A stretch of DNA of 64,000 nt from Candidatus Pacearchaeota archaeon CG10_big_fil_rev_8_21_14_0_10_34_76 (lineage in GTDB: Archaea; Nanobdellota; Nanobdellia; Pacearchaeales; GW2011-AR1). Below the pieces are notes generated by a model. That model saw only the letters and a list, made by a program, of their open reading frames with translations. It made no database searches and was not told where the DNA came from. Numbering within the stretch: position 1 is the stretch's first letter; each line of letters opens with the position of its first letter. Shown here one piece after another: positions 27,063 to 36,882 of this stretch. Location of the stretch: the NCBI GenBank assembly GCA_002763075.1, contig PFDB01000002.1, positions 62,286 to 126,285 of the forward strand, in the 5' to 3' direction. The translations under genes were made by a program, and so were the position numbers.

Positions 27063-28448
27063 ATGGGATTGAAAGAAATTTTACAATTTATTCCAGAGGT
27101 CAAAAAGCCTGCTGAAAAAAAGGTTAGTTTTAATGTAAAGTTTAAATGGACCTTGATAATCCTTGGTTTTTATTTTATATTGTATAATGTTCCATTGTAC
27201 GGATTGAGCAATAATGCTCTTGCTAGGTTTGAATTCTTATCTACAATATTGGGAACATCATTTGGAAGTATTATCAGCCTTGGAGTTGGACCAATAGTGA
27301 CATCATCAATCATACTTCAGCTTTTAGTTGGGTCAGGAATCCTAAACATAGACACTAAGACTGAAGAGGGAAAAAGGTTTTTCCAAGGAATTCAGAAGCT
27401 TGGAGTCATTTTTTTCATAATATTTGAGGCAGCAGTGTTTGTTTTAATGCAAGGACTGCAAGCAGTTCCTGGATTCACAGGAATAGTAATATTTCAATTG
27501 GTGATCGGAGGATTTGCTATAATGTACATGGATGAAGTTGCAAATAAATGGGGATTCGGATCAGGAGTCTCAATGTTCATTCTTGGAGGAGTGGCGTTGC
27601 AATTGTTTACAGGGTTGTTTGGTATTCTTGATGCAAGCGGACAGAATTGTCTTGTTGATTTCGGACAAAACCAATGCACTGGAAGAATATTTGTCATAAT
27701 TCAGTCTTTGATAAATGGAGATATACAACAGCTGACTCTTGCTATCATAGTAATATTGATAACTGTATTGATTTTCTTGGGAGTTGTTTGGGCGCAAAGT
27801 TTGAAAGTTGAAGTTCCCTTGAGCTATGATAGATTGAGGGGGTATGGCGTAAAGTGGCCATTAGCATTCTTTTATGCTTCTGTTATTCCTGTGATTTTAG
27901 TCTCTGCATTGATAGCAAATCTTCAGTTGTTTGGTGGCCTTATGGAAAATTGGCTAGGGAGAGCTACATTCTTGGGAGGATTTTCAAATGGGGTTCCAAT
28001 TTCAGGGCTTGCGTATTGGTTAGGATCTTCCAATTTAGTAGAAGAGGTCATAAGGGGAAGTATAACCATCTTTAGTGTAATACAAGGGATAAGTCACTTA
28101 TTGTTTTATATGATATTTGCTACAATATTCTCTGTGTTTTGGGTCAAGACTTCAGGAATGGATGCTTCTAGCCAAGCAAAGAATATTATGGGGTCAGGGT
28201 TACAGATTCCAGGATTTAGAAAAGATCAGAGGATTTTAGAAAGCATCTTATCCAGGTATATAATGCCCTTGACAGTTATGGGTGGTCTTGCTGTTGGAGC
28301 TCTTGCAGCCATAGCAAATTCATTAGGAGCATTAACATCTGGGACAGCAATTCTTCTTGCTGTGATGATTAGTTATCAATTCTACCAGAACATTGCTCAA
28401 CAGCACGCTGTTGATATGCATCCTGCTATGCGTAAGTTTATGGGATAA
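27063..28448 (+). CDS. secY: preprotein translocase subunit SecY
   Basis: 461 aa; 10 TM segments; terminal gene of the operon. Confidence 0.9.
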   Translation: MGLKEILQFIPEVKKPAEKKVSFNVKFKWTLIILGFYFILYNVPLYGLSNNALARFEFLSTILGTSFGSIISLGVGPIVTSSIILQLLVGSGILNIDTKTEEGKRFFQGIQKLGVIFFIIFEAAVFVLMQGLQAVPGFTGIVIFQLVIGGFAIMYMDEVANKWGFGSGVSMFILGGVALQLFTGLFGILDASGQNCLVDFGQNQCTGRIFVIIQSLINGDIQQLTLAIIVILITVLIFLGVVWAQSLKVEVPLSYDRLRGYGVKWPLAFFYASVIPVILVSALIANLQLFGGLMENWLGRATFLGGFSNGVPISGLAYWLGSSNLVEEVIRGSITIFSVIQGISHLLFYMIFATIFSVFWVKTSGMDASSQAKNIMGSGLQIPGFRKDQRILESILSRYIMPLTVMGGLAVGALAAIANSLGALTSGTAILLAVMISYQFYQNIAQQHAVDMHPAMRKFMG

Positions 28449-28494
28449 CTTTTGGATGACCAAACTTTAAAAACACCACATTCTTAAGGATTGC

Positions 28495-28896
28495 ATGGTG
28501 ATAGAATTAATTCAAACATATCCTAGATCGAGTATCGTACTAATTTCATTAATTGTATCTTTTTTTATCAGTCTTGTCAATTATTTAATTCTTGATAAAG
28601 ATAGGTTGAGAGAAATTAAGCGCAAGCAAAAAGAATTGCAAATAAGAATGAAAGAGCATAAGAATAATCCTACTAAACAGATGGAGCTCTCTAAAGAGAT
28701 GATGAGTCACACTGGAGAACAATTAAGACATTCATTCAAACCTATGTTGATAACATTTGTTCCTGTAATAGTAGCATTTTGGTGGATTAAGGATGTTTTT
28801 GCCGAAACAACTATTGAAGGGACATGGTTCTGGTGGTATATAATTAGTGCTATAGTGTTCAGCCTTCTGCTTAGGAAGCTTTTTAAACTTCCTTAA
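28495..28896 (+). CDS. DUF106-family membrane protein (archaeal YidC/Oxa1/EMC3-like insertase)
   Basis: 133 aa: TM1, a basic coiled coil (KDRLREIKRKQKELQIRMKEHKNN), then two C-terminal TM segments. This is the DUF106 architecture. Sits beside secY. Confidence 0.55.
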   Translation: MVIELIQTYPRSSIVLISLIVSFFISLVNYLILDKDRLREIKRKQKELQIRMKEHKNNPTKQMELSKEMMSHTGEQLRHSFKPMLITFVPVIVAFWWIKDVFAETTIEGTWFWWYIISAIVFSLLLRKLFKLP

Positions 28897-28908
28897 AGAA
28901 CAATTTTT

Positions 28909-29298
28909 ATGGAACAAGATTTATTGATGCAACTCAACCAAAGATATCAAGAGTCAAGACAACTTGAAGAACAACTTGAATTTATTGAACAACAGATGTC
29001 AGAGCTTCAGATGTTCAGCAAGAGTGTGGAAGAGATTGGAAAAAGTTCTGAGAAAGAGATTCTTTCATCAATTGGGAAGGGCCTGTTTGTAAAATGTGAG
29101 ATGAAAGAGAAAGAATTTTTTGTTGATGTTGGAGCAGGAGTTGTTGTGAAAAAATCTCCTGACGATGCAATAGGTATAATTGAGCAACAAATATCTCGGC
29201 TTGGAGAAATAAGATATCAAATTAACGACAATTTAAATGGCCTATCCAGTGAATTTCAAGAATTGATAAAAAAACTTGAACAAGTTAAAAAAGAGTAG
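28909..29298 (+). CDS. pfdA: prefoldin alpha subunit
   Basis: Coiled coil, beta hairpins (GKGLFVKCEMKEKEFFVDVGAGVVVK), coiled coil; 129 aa. Confidence 0.55.
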   Translation: MEQDLLMQLNQRYQESRQLEEQLEFIEQQMSELQMFSKSVEEIGKSSEKEILSSIGKGLFVKCEMKEKEFFVDVGAGVVVKKSPDDAIGIIEQQISRLGEIRYQINDNLNGLSSEFQELIKKLEQVKKE

Positions 29299-29350
29299 CT
29301 TAATTATTGAAATCGCAAAACTATTTAAGCAGGTATGCAAATAAATAAAG

Positions 29351-30208
29351 ATGTTAGAGATGTTAATAAGTCCACAAAAGGCTGAGAGAAGACCTTGGGA
29401 ACTATTTTTTATAGGGGCATTCTATGCTAGCGTTTCGATTATACTTGTAAACTGGATATTCTCTCAAGATGTTGTACTTCAAAGTTATTCTGGAATTTTA
29501 GTTGTGACATTTACAGTGATGTTTTCAATTCCATTTATGTATTATATGATAAAGCTGGAAGAAGAAAAAGCAACACAACATATGGGAATGTTCAAACTTT
29601 TGAAGGAACATAGGAAAGCTCTTTGGGCGTTTTTGTGGTTGTTTGTAGGATTTGTTGTGGCATTTTCATTTTGGTATATTATGTTGCCAACTACACAAGC
29701 ATTTGAAGCTCAAATAAACACTTATTGTGTCATAAATCAACCTGCTAATTTTGAAGCATGTGTTGCGCAATACGGCGTGAAGGGATCTTCATCTACTGTA
29801 TTTGCAACAAACAAAGAAAGGCTTTTCCTTATATTTGCTAACAATATCTATGTACTGATATTCACATTGGTATTTTCACTAATCTTTGGAGCTGGTGTGA
29901 TTTTCATCCTTGCGTGGAACGCAAGCGTGATTGCGGCAGCAGTGGGAATTTTTACCCAATCTAATCTAAGTTCTCTTCCGATAGGACTATTTAGATATCT
30001 CGTGCATGGAATTCCAGAGATTGCATCTTATTTTATAGCCGCATTGGCGGGGGGAATTATATCTATTTCTGTAATCCGGCATGAAGTTGGCTCAGAGAAA
30101 TTCTGGGAGGTGTTGCAAGATTCATTGAATTTGATAATCTTGGCAGTGATTGTATTGTTTATTTCTGCGCTGATGGAAGTCTTTCTAACTCCCTTATTCT
30201 TTAGTTGA
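29351..30208 (+). CDS. SpoIIM-like membrane protein (DUF95)
   Basis: 285 aa polytopic protein; ...ANNIYVLIFTLVFSLIFGAGVIFILAWNASVIAAAVG...HGIPEIASYF resembles the DUF95/SpoIIM core. Confidence 0.45.
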   Translation: MLEMLISPQKAERRPWELFFIGAFYASVSIILVNWIFSQDVVLQSYSGILVVTFTVMFSIPFMYYMIKLEEEKATQHMGMFKLLKEHRKALWAFLWLFVGFVVAFSFWYIMLPTTQAFEAQINTYCVINQPANFEACVAQYGVKGSSSTVFATNKERLFLIFANNIYVLIFTLVFSLIFGAGVIFILAWNASVIAAAVGIFTQSNLSSLPIGLFRYLVHGIPEIASYFIAALAGGIISISVIRHEVGSEKFWEVLQDSLNLIILAVIVLFISALMEVFLTPLFFS

Positions 30209-30255
30209 TTTACGAGGGTGGCAATATTTAAATAAGCAAATATAATTATCTGTAA

Positions 30256-32955
30256 ATGAATGAAGAGAACCTGATAAATGAAAGAAAAGAGAAGGCTCTA
30301 AATGCTTTAAAGAAGAATTATAATTTAGTGGTTTATGCAATTTTAGCAATAATTTTGTTTATATCTGTGAGGATTAGAACGAGAAATCTCTCTGGATTAA
30401 GAGATGTCACCACAGGCGGATGGACTCTTGGTCCTGACTTGGATCCATTTCTGTTTTTGAGATGGGCAAAATATATTGTTGAGAATGGAAGTTTGATGGC
30501 AATAGATTCATTTAGGTACGTGCCTCTGGGATTTAGGACAAAGGGAGAACTGATATTACATCCATATATGATTGCATGGTTCCATAAGGTGGCAAGCGTT
30601 TTTGGAAGTGTGTCTGTTGAACAATCTGCCGCATTATATCCAGTTTTCTTTTTTGCGATAACAGTCATAGCGTTTTTCTTTCTCACTAGAGAAATATTCA
30701 AAGATAATTTGAACAAAATGAATTCTAATTTTGCGGCGTTGGTTGCATCATTCTTTTTATCTGTGCTCCCAGTTATTTTGCCGAGAACGATAGCTGGAAT
30801 ACCTGAAAAAGAGTCTCCTGGATTTTTCTTTCTTTTTGCGACATTCTATTTCTTTCTTCTAGCATGGAAATTTGAAAATGTTAAGATAAAATATACCTGT
30901 GCCATTTTAGCAGGAATTTTAACAGCAGGAATGGCATTAGTCTGGGGAGGATATATCTATTTGTTTGTGACTATCGGGGCTTCTGTGCTTATTGCATTTA
31001 TGTTAGGCAAGGTAGACAAAAAAAGGATTTATATGTATACTATCTGGCTAGCTTCTGCTTTGATTATCATGAACATGTTCTCATTGAGATATAATTTGTC
31101 TGGAATGATAAATTCTGCAACTACTGGAATTGTATTCTTTACACTGGCAGTGATATGGGGAGATTGGATTATTTATAAAACAAGGATAAAATATTATTTT
31201 GTTAAGGGAAAATTAAAAAATATTCCAAGACAAATAAAATCCTTAGTGGTAGTTAGCATCATAGCAATCCTATTAGCAAGCATATTTTTTGGATTTGGTT
31301 TTGTGCCTTCTAAGATAAGTAATGTAGTGGGGTTACTTGTTAAACCTTCTACAGATAGACTCGGAGTTACAGTTGCTGAGAATAGACAGCCCTATTTTTC
31401 TGAATGGGCAAGTAGTTTTGGACCAGAGTTAGGAGGATTTCCAATATTATTCTGGGTAATGTTTATTGGTTCCATATATTTATTCGGAAGTATTATCAAT
31501 GAAAAACGCAATAAACATAAGTGGATCCTAATTGGAAGTTATACTTTATTCTTGACTGCCATCATATTTAGCAGATATAAGCCAAATAGCATTTTTGATG
31601 GAGAAGGCTTTGCTAGTCTTGCATTCTATATGCTTGGGGCGTTGGTTTTCCTTGGAGCATTGATTTATTATTATCTGTTCCTTGAGAATAGAAATGAATT
31701 TGGAAAACTTAGGGGAATTAAGTTTTCGTCAATTCTCTTGTTTTCATTCTTCGCTATCAGTTTGATATCTGTAAGGGGAGCTGTAAGACTTATTATGATG
31801 CTTGTGCCTTCTGTTGCAATAATTAGCAGTTATTTTGTATTTAGCCTATGGGAAAAAAGCAACTTTGGGGGGAAAGATAAAAACATTGCTCCTCTTGTGT
31901 TTGCAGGACTGATTGCATTAACATTGATATTTGCAGGTTATTACTATTATCAGGCAAGTAATAATATAGCTCAGGGATATGCCCCTTCTTCTTATACACA
32001 ACAATGGCAGAAAGCAATGAGCTGGGTTAGAGAGAGTACTCCCGAAAATGCTGTTTTTGCACATTGGTGGGATTATGGATACTGGGTGCAATCTATTGGG
32101 GAAAGAGCGACAGTTTTAGATGGAGGAAATGCAATACCTTATTGGAATCATTTTATGGGTAGATATGTTTTGACTGGAGATGATAATACTAAAGCACTAG
32201 AGTTTTTGTTCGCCCATAATGCAACTCACTTTTTAATTGATTCAAGCGATATTGGAAAGTATACTGCATTCTCAAGTATTGGATCTGATGAACAATATGA
32301 CAGAAGGAGTTGGTTGCAGACATTCTTGATTGATGACTCTCAAACGAGTAATCTGAAGAATAGCACTCTTTTATTGTATAGGGGAGGATTTAGTCTTGAT
32401 GGAGATATAATTTATGAAGAAAATGGAAGTAAAATATTCCTCCCAGGTGTTGAGGATGCAGATATTAACCAGAACCTAAATGTTGCAGGACTTGGAGCAA
32501 TTATAATTGAAAGATCTGACAATAAAGAGATTAAGAATGTTGAAGGAATATTTGTTTATAATGGACAGCAGTATAGAATTCCAATAAGGTATGTTTTTGA
32601 TGAGAGGTTGATAGATCTTGGAAGAGGAATAGATGCTGGAATATACTTGATGCCTGCTATAAAACAGGGAGCAAGCGGATTAAATGTTCAAGAGAGTGGA
32701 GCATTGATATATTTGAGCGACAGGACAGTTCATTCACAACTTGCAAGATTATACCTATTTAATGAGAAAAATCCATCTTTTGAAATTGTAAAAGTTGAAG
32801 ATGATATAGTCGTAGAAAGTTTGAAAGCTCAAGGAATTTCTGTAGGAGATACAGTCTATTATAATGGATTTAGAGGACCTATTAAGATATGGGAAATAAA
32901 TTATCCGTCTGAAATTGAGTTTAAAGAGGAATATTTAAACAGAAGGGTTCCATAA
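30256..32955 (+). CDS. aglB: oligosaccharyltransferase AglB (STT3 homolog)
   Basis: 899 aa; polytopic N-terminal half; WWDYGYW signature (AHWWDYGYWVQSIGE); large C-terminal soluble domain. Confidence 0.85.
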   Translation: MNEENLINERKEKALNALKKNYNLVVYAILAIILFISVRIRTRNLSGLRDVTTGGWTLGPDLDPFLFLRWAKYIVENGSLMAIDSFRYVPLGFRTKGELILHPYMIAWFHKVASVFGSVSVEQSAALYPVFFFAITVIAFFFLTREIFKDNLNKMNSNFAALVASFFLSVLPVILPRTIAGIPEKESPGFFFLFATFYFFLLAWKFENVKIKYTCAILAGILTAGMALVWGGYIYLFVTIGASVLIAFMLGKVDKKRIYMYTIWLASALIIMNMFSLRYNLSGMINSATTGIVFFTLAVIWGDWIIYKTRIKYYFVKGKLKNIPRQIKSLVVVSIIAILLASIFFGFGFVPSKISNVVGLLVKPSTDRLGVTVAENRQPYFSEWASSFGPELGGFPILFWVMFIGSIYLFGSIINEKRNKHKWILIGSYTLFLTAIIFSRYKPNSIFDGEGFASLAFYMLGALVFLGALIYYYLFLENRNEFGKLRGIKFSSILLFSFFAISLISVRGAVRLIMMLVPSVAIISSYFVFSLWEKSNFGGKDKNIAPLVFAGLIALTLIFAGYYYYQASNNIAQGYAPSSYTQQWQKAMSWVRESTPENAVFAHWWDYGYWVQSIGERATVLDGGNAIPYWNHFMGRYVLTGDDNTKALEFLFAHNATHFLIDSSDIGKYTAFSSIGSDEQYDRRSWLQTFLIDDSQTSNLKNSTLLLYRGGFSLDGDIIYEENGSKIFLPGVEDADINQNLNVAGLGAIIIERSDNKEIKNVEGIFVYNGQQYRIPIRYVFDERLIDLGRGIDAGIYLMPAIKQGASGLNVQESGALIYLSDRTVHSQLARLYLFNEKNPSFEIVKVEDDIVVESLKAQGISVGDTVYYNGFRGPIKIWEINYPSEIEFKEEYLNRRVP

Positions 32956-32962
32956 GAATAAT

Positions 32963-33976
32963 ATGAATTCGCTAATAATCGTTATACCGATCGCTATAAG
33001 TTTTTTAGCAAGTCTTTTCTTTTTACCTTTTTGGATTAGAAAGGCTAAGGAAATAGGATTATTATGGGAAGATATGAATAAATTTTCTTCTGAGAGTGTT
33101 GCAGGATCTGGAGGGATAATAGCTATATTTGCATTCACTCTGGGAGTTTTAGTCTTTGTCGCATATAGGGTTTTTATATTGGAGAGTAGTCAGTTTTTAA
33201 TAGAAATACTTGCAGTTCTTACAGTTATCCTCATCCTCGCAGGGGTTGGATTAATAGATGATTTATTAGGATGGAGGAAGGGGGGTCTTTCTAGGAGATA
33301 TAGGCTACTTCTTATTGCCATTGCCACTGTGCCATTAGTGGTGATAAATGCAGGAAAGTCTGTTGTGTCAATACCTTTTTTGGGCGCTATTGAATTGGGA
33401 TTGATTTATCCTGCTGTAGTCATTCCATTAGGAATAGTAGGATCTGTAGCAACTTATAATTTTTTAGCTGGATTTAATGGACTGGAAGCGGGCCAAGGAA
33501 TATTGATTCTCTCTGGACTTTCAATTGTTTCATATTTGACTGGGAGCTCGTGGCTCTCTGTAATTTGTTTGGTCATGGTGGGCGCACTTTTAGGATTCTT
33601 GGTCTACAACCTTCCCCCTGCAAGAGTGTTTCCAGGAGATTCCTTAACCTATTGTGTTGGAGGGCTTATTGCCATGGTTTCAATACTCGGTAATTTTGAA
33701 AAAATTGCAGTATTTTTCTTTATCCCGTATATTCTGGAAACTGTTTTAAAATCCAGAGGCAAGCTTAAAAAATATTCATTTGGAAAACCAAACGAAGATG
33801 GAAGCTTAGAACTTAGATATCCTAAAATTTATAGTTTGAATCACTTCTCAATATATATCATGAAGAAGGCTAACATCAAACCAACTGAGAAAAAAGTGGT
33901 ATTGTCTATATGGGCGTTTCAGATAGTGACGATGATAATCGGATTTATAGTATTCAGACAGGGAATAATAGGATGA
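32963..33976 (+). CDS. UDP-GlcNAc:dolichyl-phosphate GlcNAc-1-phosphate transferase (Alg7/WecA/MraY family; AglH-like)
   Basis: 337 aa, about 10 TM segments; GLIDDLLGW D-D-x-x-D motif and other polyprenyl-phosphate hexose-1-P transferase motifs. Confidence 0.75.
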   Translation: MNSLIIVIPIAISFLASLFFLPFWIRKAKEIGLLWEDMNKFSSESVAGSGGIIAIFAFTLGVLVFVAYRVFILESSQFLIEILAVLTVILILAGVGLIDDLLGWRKGGLSRRYRLLLIAIATVPLVVINAGKSVVSIPFLGAIELGLIYPAVVIPLGIVGSVATYNFLAGFNGLEAGQGILILSGLSIVSYLTGSSWLSVICLVMVGALLGFLVYNLPPARVFPGDSLTYCVGGLIAMVSILGNFEKIAVFFFIPYILETVLKSRGKLKKYSFGKPNEDGSLELRYPKIYSLNHFSIYIMKKANIKPTEKKVVLSIWAFQIVTMIIGFIVFRQGIIG

Positions 33977-35178
33977 AAATTAATAGGGTTTTATTGAAAG
34001 GAAGTATTGTATTACTTATTACATTTGGATTATTTAACCTTTTCAATTTTTTATTTCAATGGTCGATGGTAAGACTTTTAAGTCCGTCAGATTTTGGAAG
34101 CTTAGCTACATTGTTTGCAATAATATCTATTCTAGGAGTATTTACTGATTCTATACAAACAGTCATAACTAAATATGTCTCAAATGAAAAGGAAAACAGT
34201 AAAATTAAAGGAATAATTTTTGCATCTTTTAAAAATGCAAATAAACTTGCTTTTGCTCTTTTGATAATTTACTTAATAATAATGGTCTTTCTATTCAATC
34301 TGCTAAAGATTGATTATCTTCTCCTAGCATTTAATGGTTTAATTATCTTCACTGCTTTTTTTATTCCAATAACAAGAGGGGTTATGCAGGGGAAAAAGAA
34401 ATTTGCTCACCTTGGGATTAATATGGTGCTAGAAAGCGCCACCAAGTTTATTTTAGCATTAGGCTTTGTATTTTTGGGCTGGAAAGTTTATGGTGCAATT
34501 TTTGCTACATTTCTAAGCGTGATAATAGCATTTGTTTTTTCCTTTATTCCGCTTAAGAGCATTAATAAATCTAGAGCGGTAAAAAAAGCAAATATAGACA
34601 ATATTCTTTCATATACTGGGCCAACTTTTGCAATTACCTTGGCAATCACTCTTTTTTACAGCCTTGATATAATCATGGCAAAGGTATTCTTTTCTGAAGA
34701 GATTGCAGGATTTTATGCCATTTCCTCAACATTGGCAAAAATAATCTTTTTAGGAACGTTGCCAATAAGCAAGGCTATGTTCCCATTATCTGCAGAAGAT
34801 AAATCTCCGGTTTATGAAAAGACCAATGTATTTTTGAACGCATTGGGAATACTTGGTGGAATGCTCATTGTGGGATTATCCATATTTTATGCTTTTCCCG
34901 ATTTAATTATATTGACTTTTAAGGGAGAAGCCATTGTTCCTGCTGCAAGAATTCTATTTTATCTTGCTATTGCAGCTAGTCTATTATCTCTTGCTAATCT
35001 AACCCTTCTTTACAAGCTTTCAACAAATAAAACCTCCGGATATTTCTCATTGCTCTTTTTTGTGATGATTGAAGTCATCCTACTTAGTTATTTTTCCTCG
35101 AATTTGATTGAATTCTCGTTTGCATTCATATTCTCTTCTGCAGCCTTTTTATGGGCATCCATAGTACTAATAAAATGA
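33973..35178 (+). CDS. oligosaccharide flippase (MOP/Wzx-like, AglR-like)
   Basis: About 400 aa, 12 or more TM segments, polysaccharide-biosynthesis-protein type. ATGA overlap with the upstream stop. Confidence 0.55.
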   Translation: MKINRVLLKGSIVLLITFGLFNLFNFLFQWSMVRLLSPSDFGSLATLFAIISILGVFTDSIQTVITKYVSNEKENSKIKGIIFASFKNANKLAFALLIIYLIIMVFLFNLLKIDYLLLAFNGLIIFTAFFIPITRGVMQGKKKFAHLGINMVLESATKFILALGFVFLGWKVYGAIFATFLSVIIAFVFSFIPLKSINKSRAVKKANIDNILSYTGPTFAITLAITLFYSLDIIMAKVFFSEEIAGFYAISSTLAKIIFLGTLPISKAMFPLSAEDKSPVYEKTNVFLNALGILGGMLIVGLSIFYAFPDLIILTFKGEAIVPAARILFYLAIAASLLSLANLTLLYKLSTNKTSGYFSLLFFVMIEVILLSYFSSNLIEFSFAFIFSSAAFLWASIVLIK

Positions 35179-35960
35179 AAATCTCAATAATCATTCCCGC
35201 ATATAATGAAGAAAAGAGAATAGGTGACACTCTCGAAAATTATTCAGAATATTTTTCTAAGGCCTTAAAGATAAAAAAATTAGGGGACTATGAAATTTTA
35301 GTAGTTATAAACAATACAAAAGATAAAACTGAAGAAATTGTAAAAACATTTCAAAAAAGAAATAGTAGAATAAATTATTTAAATTTAAAACAAGGTGGCA
35401 AAGGTAATGCTGTTCTTAGAGGATTTGAAGAAATCTTAAAAAAAGATTTTGATTTAATTGGTTTTGTTGATGCAGATATGGCCACACCGGCTAAAGAGTT
35501 TTTTAAATTGGCTGAAAATATTGGCAATTCTGATGGAATAATAGCTAACAGGTATCTCTCAGGATCTAAGATTCACCCTCCCTTGTCATTCAGAAGGTTA
35601 CTTGTTGGAAAGATTTTCAATTATTTAGTTAGAATGTTGTTTTTGTTGCCCTATACAGACACCCAATGTGGTGCTAAGATTTTTAGTGTTGCAGCAAGTA
35701 ATGAAATTGTTAAAACATCTATTATTTCTAATTGGGCTTTTGATGTAGATTTATTGTATAACCTTTATAAAAAAGGATATATGATTAAACAGCTTTCTAC
35801 CGAGTGGTATGAAAGAGATCAAGGCAAGCTTAGAGTGATTAATGCTACTTTAGAAATGGTCTTGGCTGTTGTGCAGTTGAGAATTGTTAACTCCCGGCTA
35901 AAAAACCTTTTAAGGCCATTATCTCCTTTAATTAAAAGAATATGGAGAAAACTAAAATGA
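35175..35960 (+). CDS. GT2 dolichyl-phosphate hexosyltransferase (Dpm1/AglD-like)
   Basis: ISIIIPAYNEEKRIGDTLE..., VDADMATP and DTQCGAK motifs of Dol-P sugar synthases. Confidence 0.7.
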   Translation: MKISIIIPAYNEEKRIGDTLENYSEYFSKALKIKKLGDYEILVVINNTKDKTEEIVKTFQKRNSRINYLNLKQGGKGNAVLRGFEEILKKDFDLIGFVDADMATPAKEFFKLAENIGNSDGIIANRYLSGSKIHPPLSFRRLLVGKIFNYLVRMLFLLPYTDTQCGAKIFSVAASNEIVKTSIISNWAFDVDLLYNLYKKGYMIKQLSTEWYERDQGKLRVINATLEMVLAVVQLRIVNSRLKNLLRPLSPLIKRIWRKLK

Positions 35961-36403
35961 AAATAGTCCTTGCATCATCTGCAGGAGGACATCTAACAGA
36001 ACTTTTTGAGCTATTGCCTCAGGACCTAAATAAAGACAAATTTGTCATATTCACTGAAAAAAATGATAGGACTTCCAAACTCAAGAATAAAACTTATTTT
36101 TTCAAGCCGTTGCTCTATAATCCATTTCCATATTTCCCAGCATTGTTGAGATGTATTAAAATCCTAAGAAAAGAAAATGTAAATGTGTTGGTAACTAATG
36201 GTGCTGAGATCGGCTTGCCTGCTATTATTGCTGCTAAATTTCTTGGGATAAAGACTATTTACATAGATATCTCAGCAGCTGCGACTATTAGAACTCTTGC
36301 TGGAAAGTTTTCATATCCATTTTCAGACATTTTTTTAGTCCAGTACCCTGAAATGGCAAGACACTACGGAAAAAGAGCGAAATATGTTGGAGGCATTGTA
36401 TGA
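35957..36403 (+). CDS. Alg14-like subunit of a bipartite UDP-GlcNAc transferase
   Basis: MKIVLASSAGGHLTELFELL matches the Alg14 GGH(T/L)xE motif; about 150 aa. Confidence 0.65.
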   Translation: MKIVLASSAGGHLTELFELLPQDLNKDKFVIFTEKNDRTSKLKNKTYFFKPLLYNPFPYFPALLRCIKILRKENVNVLVTNGAEIGLPAIIAAKFLGIKTIYIDISAAATIRTLAGKFSYPFSDIFLVQYPEMARHYGKRAKYVGGIV

Positions 36404-36882
36404 TATTTGTAAGTGTCGGAACGCATAATCAAGAGTTTGAAAGATTGATAAGGAAGATTGATAATCTTGCAAAAGAGATTAATGAAGAAATTATTATTCA
36501 GAGAGGACATACTAAATACATTCCTAAAAACTGCAAGAGCTTTAAATTTGATTCCGATCTTAAGCCTTACATGAAAAAAGCTAGGTTGATTATAGCACAT
36601 GCAGGTATCGGAACGACGATTGAGGTTTTGCGGAAATTAAAAAAACCATTAATATTGATTCCAAGACAGCATAAATATGGGGAGCACATTAACGACCATC
36701 AAGTAGGGATGGCAAGGCACTTTGAAAAAAAATGGGGTGTCAAGATAATCTACAATATAAAAGATTTGACTTCTGAATTAATTAAAAGATATGATCGAAT
36801 AACGCCCATGAATGATAAAAAACTAATCATGATAAGAAATTATCTTAAGGGGGCCATTCTAGGAGAGGAGGATGAAAGATAA
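36400..36882 (+). CDS. Alg13-like (GT28 C-terminal domain) catalytic subunit
   Basis: MIFVSVGTHNQEFERLI...IIAHAGIGTTIE matches the Alg13/MurG C-terminal-domain pattern. Translationally coupled to the Alg14-like gene. Confidence 0.65.
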   Translation: MIFVSVGTHNQEFERLIRKIDNLAKEINEEIIIQRGHTKYIPKNCKSFKFDSDLKPYMKKARLIIAHAGIGTTIEVLRKLKKPLILIPRQHKYGEHINDHQVGMARHFEKKWGVKIIYNIKDLTSELIKRYDRITPMNDKKLIMIRNYLKGAILGEEDER

